Shown one piece after another: positions 32,624 through 45,232 of a DNA stretch of 64,000 nucleotides. The stretch comes from an uncultured Acidobacteriota bacterium (GTDB lineage: Bacteria > Acidobacteriota > UBA6911): contig CAWHCF010000049.1 in the NCBI GenBank assembly GCA_963827655.1, forward strand, positions 96,001 through 160,000, read 5' to 3'. The translations under genes were made by a program, and so were the position numbers. Within the stretch, counting starts at the first letter, position 1. Every line of letters begins with the position of its first letter. The notes beneath the pieces are model-generated. The model did not search any database, had not been told where the DNA came from, and saw only the letters and a program-made list of their open reading frames with translations.

Positions 32624-35276
32624 CCGCGAAGCACAAAGATCCTGGTGTCTCGGTATCGTTGTGGCCGCAGGACTGTTCCTCGGATGTTTTTCGGCCTGTC
32701 AGCCGAGCGCCGCCCAGAGTCAATCTCGAGGCAGAGAAGCCTTGAGGTCTGGCGACTATGCAAAGGCGAAGGAGCATTTTGAGGCTGCACTGAAGTCGAG
32801 CGCGGGTCAGGAAGAGAGCCAGGTCGGCCTGCTTCAAACCTTGCGCGAAACCGGGCAGTATGACGAGGCTCGCCGGCGTGGAGAAGAATTCCTGGCCGGG
32901 CGTCCTGGTTCTGCCGCTTTGCGCCTGGAGACCGCTCGAAGCCTGATCGCCCGCGGGGAGTATGCCGCGGCCGAAAAGCATCTGCGCGCGGCCCTTCCCG
33001 TGGGTGGCGCAACCCGCGGCGATGTCACCCGCGAACTGGCACTTCTGCTTGAAGACACCGGGCGGCAGGACGAAGCCCGGAATCTCTGGCAGCAACTGGT
33101 CGACGAATACCGAAAGGGGGGCGCGCGCGACAGCCAGACGCTGGGCAACGCGGCTGTTGCCGCCTGGCGGCTGGGCTGGGCGCATGATGCCAAGGACCTG
33201 TTTATCGACGCAACCACCGGGCCTGCCGCCCCGCCCGAAGCCTTATCCAACTTCGGCTACCTCTTCCTGGACAAGTACGATGCCACGAACGCGCTCGGCG
33301 TGTTTCGCGATGGCCTGAAGATTAACAAGCAATACCCCGAGGCCCTCCTGGGTGTTGCCCTGGCGAAGAAATATGAGAGCAGTCCCGAGGTCGAGGATTA
33401 CGCCAAGGCGGCCCTCGAGGTGAATCCCAATCTTGTCCCGGCCATGAATCTTCTGGCGGCGTTGAGAATGCAAGAAGAAAACTACGATGCCGCGCTCAAA
33501 GAGATTCGGCGAGCCCTGGAAGTCAATCCCAAGGATCTCGAATCGCTCAGCCTGGAGGCCGTGTATCATCACTTCAAAGGCGATCAGGCTCGCTTTGCCG
33601 AGGTTGAGCAGAAGGTGCTTGGAATCAACCCGTCTTACGGGCGATTCTATTTCACTGTCGCGGAAAACCTGGTCACACGCAGAAAGTATCAGGAAGCGGT
33701 CGACCTCAATCGTAAAGCCCTGAGCCTCGATGCCAAACTCTGGCCGGCCTACGCCAGTTTGGGAATCAACCTGATGCGCGTGGGTGATCTCGTGGAGGGA
33801 AGGAAGGCGCTCCAGCAGGCTTTTGATGGAGACCCGTTCAATATATGGGCTTTCAACACGCTGGACCTCCTGGACCAGATGGACAAGTTCTCACGCTTCG
33901 AGAGCGAGCACTTCGTTTTCCGTGTGGCCAAGGAAGATGAGCCTACGCTTTCCCGCTATGCTCCCAGGCTGGCCGAAGAGGCCTATGCCCGGCTGAGCGA
34001 GCGCTACGGATTCAAGCCGGCCGGCCCGATTCAGATGGAAATCTTTCCCGATCATGGAGGCTTTGAGGTGCGCACGGTCGGTGTGCCGGGACTCGGCGCA
34101 CTGGGGGTCTGCTTCGGCAAAGTGATTGCGATGGACTCGCCGCGCGCGCGCAAGACCGGATCCTTCAATTGGGGATCCACGCTGTGGCACGAATTCGCCC
34201 ATGTCATAACGCTGCAGATGACGCGGCACAACGTGCCTCGCTGGTTTTCCGAGGGAGTTTCGGTGTATGAAGAGCGGCGGGCGCGACCGGGCTGGGGGGA
34301 CGATCTCACGGCCCACTTCCTCAAGGCTTACCAGGAGGGCAAGGCTCTCAAGGTGAGCGAATTGAACTCGGGCATGATGCGCCCGAAGTTCCCTGAGCAG
34401 ATTGCGTTCTCCTACTATCAGGCGTCCCTTGTCTGCGAGTTGATCGAAGAGAAATTCGGATTTACCAAAATAAGAGAAGCCCTGGCGCTGTTTGCCGATA
34501 ATCTTCCGAGCGAAGAGGTCTTCCGGCGCGCGCTGGGTTGGGATATGGCCACGCTCGATCGGGAATATGAGCGTTTTCTCGAGGGACGCGTCCGGGCCAG
34601 ATCCGAACCTCTCGACTTCAGCCGGCTGAAGGAACGCGACGCTATGAACCCGAAAGGGCCCGGCAAGGAACAGCTGACCTCGCTCCTGGAGAAGAATCCC
34701 AATGATTTCTTTGCCAATCTTGCCCTGGGAACTCTGCTAAGAAAGGAAAAATCCAACGGCCCCGCTGAAGTCTATCTCAAGAAAGCGCAAAAGCTGTTTC
34801 CTGAATTCGTGGAACCGGATAATCCCTACCAGATTCTGGCGGAGATCTACCTGGAAGAGAAACGTGAGGACGAAGCCTTGACCGAGCTGCTGGGCTGGTC
34901 GCGCTTCGATGAGAACTCCGCCTGGCCGCTCGTGCGCGCTGCCGAGATCTATCGAAACCGCAAGGATTGGGCGGGCGCGGCTCGCGTTCTCGAGCTTTCG
35001 GTTTACATCAATCCCTACGACACTAATATCCAGGGCATGCTGGGGGAAGCCGCGGTCGAAGCGGGGAACTGGCCTGCGGCCGTCGCGGCGTACCAGACTC
35101 TCGTGAGCCTGGCTCCGTCCGATCCCGCTGGAGCGCATTACAATCTTGCCCGTGCCTGGCTGGGTTATGGAAAAAAGCAGGAAGCAAAACGCGAAACTCT
35201 GCGGGCTTTGGAAATCGCGCCGTCCTATGAAAAGGCGCAACAACTTCTCCTGAAGCTTAGTGGGAGCCCGCCTTGA
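32598..35276 (+). CDS. TPR protein with a central peptidase MA (gluzincin) domain
   Basis: Many TPRs; HEFAH followed by PRWFSEG. Confidence 0.85.
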   Translation: MPNYGRTSNREAQRSWCLGIVVAAGLFLGCFSACQPSAAQSQSRGREALRSGDYAKAKEHFEAALKSSAGQEESQVGLLQTLRETGQYDEARRRGEEFLAGRPGSAALRLETARSLIARGEYAAAEKHLRAALPVGGATRGDVTRELALLLEDTGRQDEARNLWQQLVDEYRKGGARDSQTLGNAAVAAWRLGWAHDAKDLFIDATTGPAAPPEALSNFGYLFLDKYDATNALGVFRDGLKINKQYPEALLGVALAKKYESSPEVEDYAKAALEVNPNLVPAMNLLAALRMQEENYDAALKEIRRALEVNPKDLESLSLEAVYHHFKGDQARFAEVEQKVLGINPSYGRFYFTVAENLVTRRKYQEAVDLNRKALSLDAKLWPAYASLGINLMRVGDLVEGRKALQQAFDGDPFNIWAFNTLDLLDQMDKFSRFESEHFVFRVAKEDEPTLSRYAPRLAEEAYARLSERYGFKPAGPIQMEIFPDHGGFEVRTVGVPGLGALGVCFGKVIAMDSPRARKTGSFNWGSTLWHEFAHVITLQMTRHNVPRWFSEGVSVYEERRARPGWGDDLTAHFLKAYQEGKALKVSELNSGMMRPKFPEQIAFSYYQASLVCELIEEKFGFTKIREALALFADNLPSEEVFRRALGWDMATLDREYERFLEGRVRARSEPLDFSRLKERDAMNPKGPGKEQLTSLLEKNPNDFFANLALGTLLRKEKSNGPAEVYLKKAQKLFPEFVEPDNPYQILAEIYLEEKREDEALTELLGWSRFDENSAWPLVRAAEIYRNRKDWAGAARVLELSVYINPYDTNIQGMLGEAAVEAGNWPAAVAAYQTLVSLAPSDPAGAHYNLARAWLGYGKKQEAKRETLRALEIAPSYEKAQQLLLKLSGSPP

Positions 35277-35284
35277 TCCGCTCA

Positions 35285-36050
35285 ATGGCAAAGACGCTGA
35301 GTCAGAAAGGGACGAGGATTCTGCTTGCGTCTTTGTGCATTGGCGTGTTGATGGTCGGCCTCTCCGGCTGGCGGTTGCCTGCTCAAGACCAGTTCCCGTT
35401 AACGAACTACAAATTCACCTTGGGACGAATCCGCTACTCTACCGGAAATCTGAGTTCATTTTTCTCCGGCGGGCAAGGTCCCCCGTGGAGCCACGATTAC
35501 CCTCGCGGGGAACGTCACTCTGATGAAGATCCTGGCGGAGATCACCAAGATCGACGTCAACTCGGACGGACACATAGTCTCGTTCGAGGATGACGAAGTC
35601 TTCAAATATCCGATTGCTTATCTATGCGAGGTGGGCTTTCTGGACCTGTCGGAAAAGGAAGCCCGGAATATGAGCCAGTATCTCATGCGCGGCGGATTCC
35701 TCATCGTGGACGATTTCCGAGGCGAGCGGGAGCTGGAGAATTTCAAACAGCAGCTGAAAATCGTCTTTCCGGACCGCTCGTTGGAAGAAATCCCGCGCAC
35801 CCACGAGATATTCAAGTGTTTCTATGACATCACGAATGTGTTTCCCGCGCCACCGCCCATCTACCGGGGTGCCATCCCGCAATACCTGGGGATGAGCGAC
35901 GACCATGGGCGATTGATGATGGTGGTCGACTACAATAACGACCTGAGCGAGTACTGGGAATGGTCCGATAACCCTTACGTCCCCATCGAGCATACGAACG
36001 AAGCCTACAAATACGGCGTCAACTATGTGATCTATGCCCTAACCCATTGA
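35285..36050 (+). CDS. Second DUF4159 domain protein (frameshift near 35520)
   Basis: WSHDYPRGE in the first frame; YPIAYLCEVG, GGFLIVDDF and GVNYVIYALTH in the second. Confidence 0.8.
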
Positions 36051-36129
36051 TTGAATTCATAGGGGTCATCGAGTCTTGGTATTCTTGGCGTTCATTCCGG
36101 CAAACATATAAGAAAGGGGAATTCTGCGG

Positions 36130-37153
<1,024 letters not shown>

Positions 37154-37155
37154 GG

Positions 37156-37340
37156 ATTGACGATTTACGATTGACGATTGACGATTTAAAAAAACAATTG
37201 AGTGTCGAATTCGTTAATCGTCAATCGTAAATTGACGGAGTGGCTGTTAGGATGGGTAAACAGACAATGCACGGGTTGTTAAATCGTCAATCGTCAATCG
37301 TTCTCAATCGTCAATCGTCAATCGTAAATCGTAAATCGTC
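37156..37340. repeat. Inverted GATTGAC/GTCAATC heptamer-array element
   Basis: A (GATTGAC)n array follows the moxR stop; (AATCGTC)n arrays run up to the DUF58 ATG. Confidence 0.85.
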
Positions 37341-38252
37341 ATGGTGACTGTCCAGCAAACAACTCCGCCAACCAGGTTCATAGATCCGTCGGCACTGGCC
37401 AAAATCTCGAGCCTGGAACTGGTTGCAAGAACCGTTGTGGAGGGCTTCATCTCGGGGCTGCACCGCTCTCCGCATTTAGGGTTCAGCGTGAATTTCGCGG
37501 AATACCGCTCTTATCGCCCGGGTGACGACATTCGCAAGATTGACTGGAAAGTTTTTGCCCGGCTCGATCGTTTCTTCGTAAAAGAGTATGAGGGAGAAAC
37601 GAATACCAGCATCTACCTGATCCTCGATTGCAGCAGGTCGATGGCTTATGGGAGCCGGGGGGTTTTGAAACTCGAGTATGGCCAGTATCTCGCGGCGTCG
37701 CTTGCCTACTTTGCCTTCAAGCAGAGGGACAGCGTCGGGTTCGTCTCTTTCGACGAACAGGTGCAGGAATTTGTTCCTGCCCGGGGAAGTGTCGGCCATC
37801 TCAACACGGTGTTGCACGCCATCGAAAGGACCGGGCCGGGGCAAAAGAGTAATTTCATCAAGCCGCTGGTGAGCGCGGCCGAACGGGTGCGCCGCAAGGG
37901 AATCGCCATAGTGATTTCGGACCTGTACGACGAAACCAAGCACGTCATGGACGGCCTGAGGCACTTCGCCTTCAGGGGGAACGATGTCATCGTATTCCAC
38001 ATTCTGGATCCGACGGAACTCAGATTCGATTTCGAGGAGAGCGCGCAGTTCGTCGATCTTGAGACCAGAGCCGAAATGCACGTTATCCCCGACTACATTC
38101 GCCAGGAGTACCGAAAGATCATCAAGGATCAGACTACATTTTTCGAGAAGGAATGCCAGAAGGACAGGATGGATTACGCGCTGCTGGACATCTCCCAGCC
38201 CCTGGACCACGCCCTGTTCACTTACCTGTTACGCAGGCAGCAGCTCTATTAG
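37341..38252 (+). CDS. DUF58 domain protein (VWA-like)
   Basis: GLHRSP..G.SVNFAEYRSYRPGDDIRKIDWK; LDCSRSM. Confidence 0.9.
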   Translation: MVTVQQTTPPTRFIDPSALAKISSLELVARTVVEGFISGLHRSPHLGFSVNFAEYRSYRPGDDIRKIDWKVFARLDRFFVKEYEGETNTSIYLILDCSRSMAYGSRGVLKLEYGQYLAASLAYFAFKQRDSVGFVSFDEQVQEFVPARGSVGHLNTVLHAIERTGPGQKSNFIKPLVSAAERVRRKGIAIVISDLYDETKHVMDGLRHFAFRGNDVIVFHILDPTELRFDFEESAQFVDLETRAEMHVIPDYIRQEYRKIIKDQTTFFEKECQKDRMDYALLDISQPLDHALFTYLLRRQQLY

Positions 38253-38283
38253 GCTTAGTTGCGTCTTCGTGTCTTAGTGGTGA

Positions 38284-40401
38284 GTGATGAGCTTTATTAC
38301 GCCTTTGTTTTTCTTCGGAATGCTCGCGGCAGCCGTTCCGATACTACTGCACCTGATCAAGCGCGAACGCGCTACCAAGGTGGAATTCCCGACTTTGATG
38401 TTTCTCCGCAAGATCAGCAAGAAGGTCATTCGCTTTCAGAAATTACGTCACCTTCTTCTCCTCCTGCTTCGGGTTTTAGCTTTTCTATTGCTGGCACTGG
38501 CTTTCACCCGTCCTTTCCGGGAGACGGTGTCTGCGGCCCGGCCAACCGGCAAGGTCAGCACCGCGCACATCATCCTGCTGGACAACTCCATGAGCATGGC
38601 GTACGGGGATCGCTGGGAGAGAGCCAGGAAAGCGGCGGCCGATATTGCCCGGAGCGCCGAGACCGGTGACAAACTGGCGCTCCTGACCTTCTCAGACAGG
38701 GCAACGGCGCTCACCCAGCTCACTGAAGATCCTGCGCTTGTCCTGGGCCAGATCGACAATGGCGCCGAGCTTACCGATCACGCGACTCGGTATGGTCAGG
38801 CGCTCAAGCTGGCGGAGAAGTTCGCGCTCGAGGCGAGCGCCGGAAAACGAGTAGTCCACCTGATTTCGGATTACCAGAAGAACGGCTGGTTCGCCGAGGA
38901 CCAGGACTTCAAGTTTCACTCCTCCATCGAGATCAAGCCGGTAGACGTTGGATCAGAGGACTACAGTAATCTCACCCTGGGAGATGTTCAGGTGCTGGAG
39001 GGGGATGAGAGTAGCGGAGGGGGGCTCCGGATAAAATCCTCGGTGGTAAACCTTGGATCTCAGGACCGCAATAATGTGGCCGTGAGTCTGTTGATGGACG
39101 GCCGGGTGGTCCTGGAAAAGCGAGTCGATGTGACCAAGTCCGGGCTCCAGGCGGTTGAGTTTCAAGTTCCCGGCTTGAGTCCCGGTCAGCATTCCGGGGT
39201 GCTGCAGGTCGAAGATGCGCAGCTGACTCGCGACAATCGATTCAACCTGATGCTGGAGGCTCGAGCCAAAACCCCGGTCCTTTCTGTCGAGAACCCCACT
39301 TCGGCAAGGGGAAGCAGGTCGCCCAGTTTCTTCCTGGGTCACGCGCTCAACATCGGAACTTTATCCCCCTATCGCCTGACGGCCCTTACTCCGCAAAAGG
39401 CGGAAGCCCTGCCTTCATTTTCGGGCGGGCTTCTGGTCTGGAACAATGCTGGCGGCGGCGGCGCCGCGCTGCAGAAGAGGATTCAGGACTATGTAAGGGG
39501 AGGCGGGGGGCTGGTGATTGCGCTGGCCGATTCCGCCCTCGCTCCTGATTTCAATCGAACTTTCGGATCCTGGATTCCCGTCAAGATGGAAGATTCGGTG
39601 GTGCGCGCTCGCAGCGGCGCAGGCTCGCGATCCGGTCCGGACTATGCCCTGCTGACGGACATCAAGCTGGACCATCCGATCTTCCGTCCGTTCAGCGAAC
39701 CTCACTCGGGAAGCTTTGCCAGCGCAAAAATCTTCAAGCACGCCCGTCTGGCGGTCGGGGCGGGCGCCGAGGTGCTCGCCCGCTTTGACAACGGCGAGGT
39801 GGCGCTGGCCGCGGCAACTCTGGACAAAGGACGGATTCTGGTCTTTGCCTCATCTGCCGATGACAGCGCGAACGATCTTCCTCTCAAGGCCGTCTTCGCT
39901 CCGTTCTGGCAGCAAATGCTGCGCTATGTGGATAATCTCCAGGAAGGGCGGCGCTGGGTCGAGGTGGGCGAAACCTTTGCGCCCCGGACCGTTCTCCTCG
40001 AGGCCATGCTGCGTCAGGGGAAAGCGACCATTGACCTCAACCAGGCGGTCGTGGTCATCGATTCGGCCAAGCAGCGCGTTCCGCTAGCTGCTCGGTCCGG
40101 CGACGTCGCCGTGGATAAGACCGGCTTCTACGAGATCCGCACGGCCACCTTGAGCGCGGTTGTGGCCGCAAATTCGGTCCCGCGGGAATCGGATCTCACG
40201 CACGTCAATGCGGAGGAACTCGTCGCCGGATGGCTATCCCCAGATGCCGGCGGGCCTGCCGTGGTTGCCGACGATGAGCGCCTGTCCGCCGAGGATCAGG
40301 AACGGCAGCAGCGAATCTGGCGCTATCTCTTGCTTGCAGTTCTGGTATTCTTAATATCAGAATGTTTGCTGGCAAACCAATCGGTGTTGAAACCGGATTG
40401 A
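38284..40401 (+). CDS. BatA N-terminal domain + VWA membrane protein
   Basis: AVPILLHL...FPTLMFL...LALAFTRP; LDNSMSM, ISDYQ; C-terminal TM. Confidence 0.85.
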   Translation: MMSFITPLFFFGMLAAAVPILLHLIKRERATKVEFPTLMFLRKISKKVIRFQKLRHLLLLLLRVLAFLLLALAFTRPFRETVSAARPTGKVSTAHIILLDNSMSMAYGDRWERARKAAADIARSAETGDKLALLTFSDRATALTQLTEDPALVLGQIDNGAELTDHATRYGQALKLAEKFALEASAGKRVVHLISDYQKNGWFAEDQDFKFHSSIEIKPVDVGSEDYSNLTLGDVQVLEGDESSGGGLRIKSSVVNLGSQDRNNVAVSLLMDGRVVLEKRVDVTKSGLQAVEFQVPGLSPGQHSGVLQVEDAQLTRDNRFNLMLEARAKTPVLSVENPTSARGSRSPSFFLGHALNIGTLSPYRLTALTPQKAEALPSFSGGLLVWNNAGGGGAALQKRIQDYVRGGGGLVIALADSALAPDFNRTFGSWIPVKMEDSVVRARSGAGSRSGPDYALLTDIKLDHPIFRPFSEPHSGSFASAKIFKHARLAVGAGAEVLARFDNGEVALAAATLDKGRILVFASSADDSANDLPLKAVFAPFWQQMLRYVDNLQEGRRWVEVGETFAPRTVLLEAMLRQGKATIDLNQAVVVIDSAKQRVPLAARSGDVAVDKTGFYEIRTATLSAVVAANSVPRESDLTHVNAEELVAGWLSPDAGGPAVVADDERLSAEDQERQQRIWRYLLLAVLVFLISECLLANQSVLKPD

Positions 40402-40519
40402 GCCAAGGACCTGATCGGTCGCTGTCTAGCTCTTCGACAAGTTATGAATGACATGTGGCAAGCGAATAGTGACAACCTTTCGAACCGGTCGCTGATCACG
40501 CACCACTGAAGGGAGACCT

Positions 40520-43500
40520 ATGAGCTCAGTAGACATCTTATTGTCGCGCATCCGGCAGGTGCGCCGAAAATGGCGCCTGCAGTTGACGATCAAAGGGATC
40601 TCCCTGTTTCTGGGCGCAAGTATTGCACTCCTGCTGCTGGGTATCTGGGGCGCCGACTTGTTCGGCTTCAAGCCCGCGGCCGTCTGGGTCATGCGCGTCC
40701 TCACGGGGGCGGCCGTCATTTATGTTGCGGCGCGATTCCTCTATTTTCCTCTGCGCCGGCGGATTTCGGACGTTCAGGTGGCGCAATTTATCGAGGAGCG
40801 TTACCCGTACCTCGAAGACCGCTTGATTACAGCCGTCGAATTCGGCAAAGGAGATCGCGTCGCTCCGGGAATGCTCGACCTCCTGATCAAAGACGCGCTG
40901 GACAAGATCAACCGCGTCGATTTTTCGGTCTTCATGAATCGCAAGCGGGCTGCGTCGTACGGCGCCGTCGGTGCGACCGCGCTTTTTGTGCTGCTGGCGC
41001 TCCTGATGTGGGGACCTTCTTTCTTGCCGTACGGCTTCGAACGTCTCTATGTCCGTTGGACTGAGGCCGCGGCCACTCCTTTGCTCATCCAGGTTTTGCC
41101 GGGCCATGCCGAGCTTGCCAAGGGATCAGACCAGCAGATCAAGGCCCAACTGGTGGGTTTTGACTCGCCGGACGTGAAGCTTATGGTCCAGCCTGAGACA
41201 GGCACCGTTTGGTCTGCCTATGGGATGGAACCGGAACGGGTGGGAAGCGGTTTTCTCTACCTCCTCATCGATGTCCAGTCTTCAATGCGCTACTACGTGG
41301 AATCGAAGGGGCTTCGTTCGGAGACCTATACCCTCAAGGTGGTGGACCTGCCGCGGGTAGAGCAAATCGATCTGACTTACAATTTTCCGGCTTATGCCGG
41401 CATGGCCCCGCAGACAGTCGAAAATGATGGCGACGTTTCGGCTCTGAAAGGAACTCGAGTGGATTTCAAAATTCGAGTGAGTCAGAACACAGGCGCGGCA
41501 AAGCTTATGTTCGATGACCGATCGTCGGTGGCGCTGGCGCCCGCGGGCGACAAGCTCCTTAAGGGCACCTTGAACTTGCAGCGCTCGGGTTCCTACGTCG
41601 TTCAACTGACAAACCGCGACGGACCGCCCGTATGCCGCGTCATCCGAGTACCAGGTCGAGGCGGTCGAAGACAATCCTCCGAAGGTTTCCATTATCAAAC
41701 CTCTACGGGATCTGAAAGCCACCAACGTAGAGGAAGTATTTGCCGAGATGAAGGCTGAAGACGACATCGGCATGGCCAAATTAGAACTCCGGTATTCCGT
41801 CAATGGCGCGGCGGAAAAGGGAGTTACCGTCTTCAGCGGCAAGGGCGGCCCTCAGCCTAGCGTCACCGGGGCACACACCTTCTTCCTGGAGGAACTAAAG
41901 CTTCAACCGGGCGATGTGATCTCGTATTACGCCAAGGCACAGGACAACAACACCGTGACCGGACCGGGAGCTTCGTCATCGGATATCTACTTCATAGAGA
42001 TTCGCCCGTTCGAGCGGAAGTACACCCAGAACCAGGCGGCGCCCGGCGCCGGAGGCGCCGGGGAAGGTCCAGGAAGCGTTGTCGCCGTCAGCAGAAAGAG
42101 ATTATCAGCGCCACCTTCAAGCTGATCCGGGACAAGGACAAAATGGACGGCAAGGAGTACGTGGAGAGCCTCAAGGCGCTGGCGCTGGTCCAGGGCCGGC
42201 TGCAGGCTCAAACCCAGGGGCTGGTGGAGCGCCTGCAGCGCCGCGGAGCCGGCGATGCCAGCGGCGATTTCGGCAAACTGGCCGAGTACTTGAAGACTGC
42301 TATTGGCGAGATGGAAAAGGCGGCAGTCCATCTTGGGGAGCAGAAACCGTCCGAGGCCCTCCCCGAGGAGCAGAAAGCCTTGCAGCAATTGATGCGCGCG
42401 GAAAGTTTCTTCAAAGAGATTCAGATCTCCTTTGCTCAGCAAGGGAGCCAGGGCGGCGGCTCGCAGGCGAACGCCGAAGACCTGGCCGATCTTTTCGAGC
42501 TGGAGTTGAATAAGCTCAAGAACCAGTACGAAACCGTTCAAAGGGGCGAGCAGCAGGCGAGGGATCAGCACCTGGACGAAGCGATGCAGCGGCTCAAAGA
42601 ACTGGCGCAACGCCAGCAGCAGCTCAATGAACGGATGCGAATGATGGGTCAAAAGGGGTCGTCGTCCTCGTCCTCGGGCGGCGGAGGACAAAGCCAGCAG
42701 CAACTGGTCGAGGAAGCGGAACGTCTCCAGCGGCAGCTTCAGCGGCTGTCGCGCGAGCGGAGCTCCCCCGAACTGAACCGGGTCAGCAGCCAGCTCCAGC
42801 AAGCGATTCAGGACATGAAGCGCGCCCTCGACCAAAACCAGCAGGGAAAAGGCGGGGAAGCGTCGGCCCAGGGAATGCGGGCCCTTCAGCAGCTCGATGA
42901 CGCCAAGCGCGCTCTTTCGCGCGTGCAGGATTCGGGACTCAACCAGGGTCTCGATCAAGCCGCAGAAGAGTCGAACCGGCTGCTCGAGGAGCAAAAACGG
43001 ATTCAGGAGGGGCTGGATAAGCTGACACAGGACAAGCAGCAGGCCTCTTCGCCCCAGTTCCAACAACGGCGCGAAGACCTTGCCGGCCGGAAGAGTCTTT
43101 TGGCGGACAGAGTCAAAAAACTGGGAGATTCCATCGACGATCTGGCCAAGCAAGCGCGGCGCACTCAACGAGAGACCAGCAGCAAACTGGCGGATGCCTC
43201 AAGCACAATCCGGGACAAGAAATTGCCCGAGCGTATCCTGCAAGGAAACCAGCTTCTGGAGTCAGGCTACTATGACTTCATCCGTGGTCGTGAGGACTTC
43301 ATCCGGGCGGGCCTCGAGCAGGTGAACAAGCAGCTGGAGTCCGCAAAGGGCAGCGTTGGTCAGACTGCCCGAAGGAAAGCTCGAAGATCAGGTGAACAAG
43401 ACTCGAGCACTGGCGGAAGGGCTGGAATCGATGCAGCAACGCCTGCGCAACCAGCAGCGGCAGGGGAAGCAGAGCCCCGCCGGGACACAACAAGGTCAGC

Positions 43501-44133
43501 AGCCAGGCCAGCAGAGAGCTGACGGGCAGTCGCCCGGTCAAGAGAGGGGCCAGGGCTCAGCAAGGCCAGCAGGGTCAGCAAGGCCAGCAGGGTCAGGGCC
43601 AGCAGGGTCAGCAAGGCCAGCAGGGCCAGCAGGGACAAGGCCAGCAGGGCCAGCAGGGACAAGGCCAGCAGACGGGCCAGGGGCAGGGAGGTGGACAGAA
43701 TCCCTCCGGAGGGGCCCCGCAGGGCTTTATCCGCGGCTTGACGGGGAACGCCACTGCGCCGCCGGTTGGTGTCGGACCTTACAGCGATGAAGACATGCGG
43801 CAACTCCGTCGTGAATTCCAGCAGCGGATGGGCGACGCCAGCGAGCTTCGCCGTTTGATGGACCGCAATTCGACGTCCTTGCAAAACCTGGATCAGGTCA
43901 TTGAAGCGCTCCGGCGGCTGGACAGCTCCCGCAACTTTAACGATCCGGAAGAAATCGCCCGCCTCAAGGGGGCCATCGATACTCTTCGGGGCGTAGAGGC
44001 GGATCTGGCCCGCGACCTGTCAAGGTTGACTCAGAAGGACAAATACTTTTACTCCGATGACAATCAGGCGCCGAGCAGTTACAAGAAGCTGGTCGACGAA
44101 TACTACAAGGCCCTGGCTAAAGGTAAACCGTGA
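40520..44133 (+). CDS. Large membrane-anchored coiled-coil protein (DUF4175-like), multiple frameshifts
   Basis: TMs plus [10 protein letters not shown], Ig-like segments, AEDDIG...[15 protein letters not shown], Gln-rich coiled coils, and the end [12 protein letters not shown]. Split over about 5 ORFs. Confidence 0.7.
43488..43690 (+). repeat. Gln-Gly-rich coding tandem repeat (CAGCAGGGT/C units)
   Basis: cagggtcagcaaggccagcagggtcagcaaggc..., which reads QGQQGQQG in the correct frame. Confidence 0.8.
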
Positions 44134-45113
44134 TGAGAGTCGTGATCACGGGAGGAGCAGGATTCCTGGGGAGCCACCTGTGCGACCACCTTTTGAACCA
44201 GGGGCACGAAGTCATTTGCCTCGACAACCTGCTTACCGGCGCCGTCGATAACATCGCGCACCTGATGGGACACGAGAGATTCCGGTACGTAAAGCACGAT
44301 GTGACCGAATACTTGTTCATCGGGGATCCGATCGACGCGGTCATGCACTTTGCCTCTCCTGCCAGCCCTCGCGACTACCTTGAGCTTCCCATTCAGACTA
44401 TGAAAGTTGGCGCCCTGGGGACTCACAAGACCCTCGGGCTGGCCAAAAACAAGCGGGCGCGATTTCTCCTGGCCAGCACGTCGGAAACTTACGGGGATCC
44501 CTTGGTGAATCCGCAGCCCGAGACTTACTGGGGAAACGTCAATCCGATCGGATTGCGCGGAGTCTACGATGAGGCGAAGCGATTCGCTGAGGCGCTGACG
44601 ATGGCTTACAACCGTTATCATGGTATCGACACCCGAATCGTGCGCATATTCAATACCTACGGCCCTCGCATGCGGCCGCACGACGGCCGCGTGGTATCCA
44701 ATTTCATCGTCCAGGCCCTTCGGCAGGAACCTCTTACCGTCTATGGAAACGGCGAGCAAACGCGGAGCTTCTGCTACGTCGAGGACGAAGTCGGGGGGAT
44801 CGTAAAACTGCTCATGGCGCCCGATACGCCCGACATTCATGACCCCGTGAACATCGGCAATCCGCATGAACTCACCGTCATGGAAATCGCGCGCAAGGTA
44901 CTCAGCCTCACCGCTTCGTCCAGCAAGATCGTTCACGAACCCCTGCCACAGGATGACCCGAAGGTGCGGCGGCCGGACATAACCAGGGCTCAAAAGGCTG
45001 CTGGGCTGGAACCCCACAATAGCGCTGGAAGAGGGTCTTCGGCGCACCATCGATTACTTCAGAACCAAACTCAACACGGCGTCTGCGCGAGCGCCGATGG
45101 TAGTGGCGACTGA
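44133..45113 (+). CDS. UDP-glucuronate decarboxylase-like extended SDR
   Basis: [25 protein letters not shown]. The C-terminus LLGWNP...LEEGL is in another frame after about 44995. Confidence 0.9.
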   Translation: MRVVITGGAGFLGSHLCDHLLNQGHEVICLDNLLTGAVDNIAHLMGHERFRYVKHDVTEYLFIGDPIDAVMHFASPASPRDYLELPIQTMKVGALGTHKTLGLAKNKRARFLLASTSETYGDPLVNPQPETYWGNVNPIGLRGVYDEAKRFAEALTMAYNRYHGIDTRIVRIFNTYGPRMRPHDGRVVSNFIVQALRQEPLTVYGNGEQTRSFCYVEDEVGGIVKLLMAPDTPDIHDPVNIGNPHELTVMEIARKVLSLTASSSKIVHEPLPQDDPKVRRPDITRAQKAAGLEPHNSAGRGSSAHHRLLQNQTQHGVCASADGSGD

Positions 45114-45232
45114 CAAAGCGCGGCCTGCGGGCCGCATCAAGGGCGCGATCCGCGCGTGCTCACAGAAACCGGTTCATGATTGAGCACCGACCTCGCGCAG
45201 AATTAAGTTCTCGCGATCGAAATCTCGAGACA

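Noticed and set aside
35510-35530. Programmed frameshifting or TGA recoding in split genes
   Set aside because: I saw no consistent slippery sites or SECIS-like hairpins, and the shifts are scattered across unrelated genes, as expected for sequencing error.
37156-37340. Possible CRISPR array
   Set aside because: Units are 7 nt and contiguous, with no unique spacers of regular length and no cas genes.
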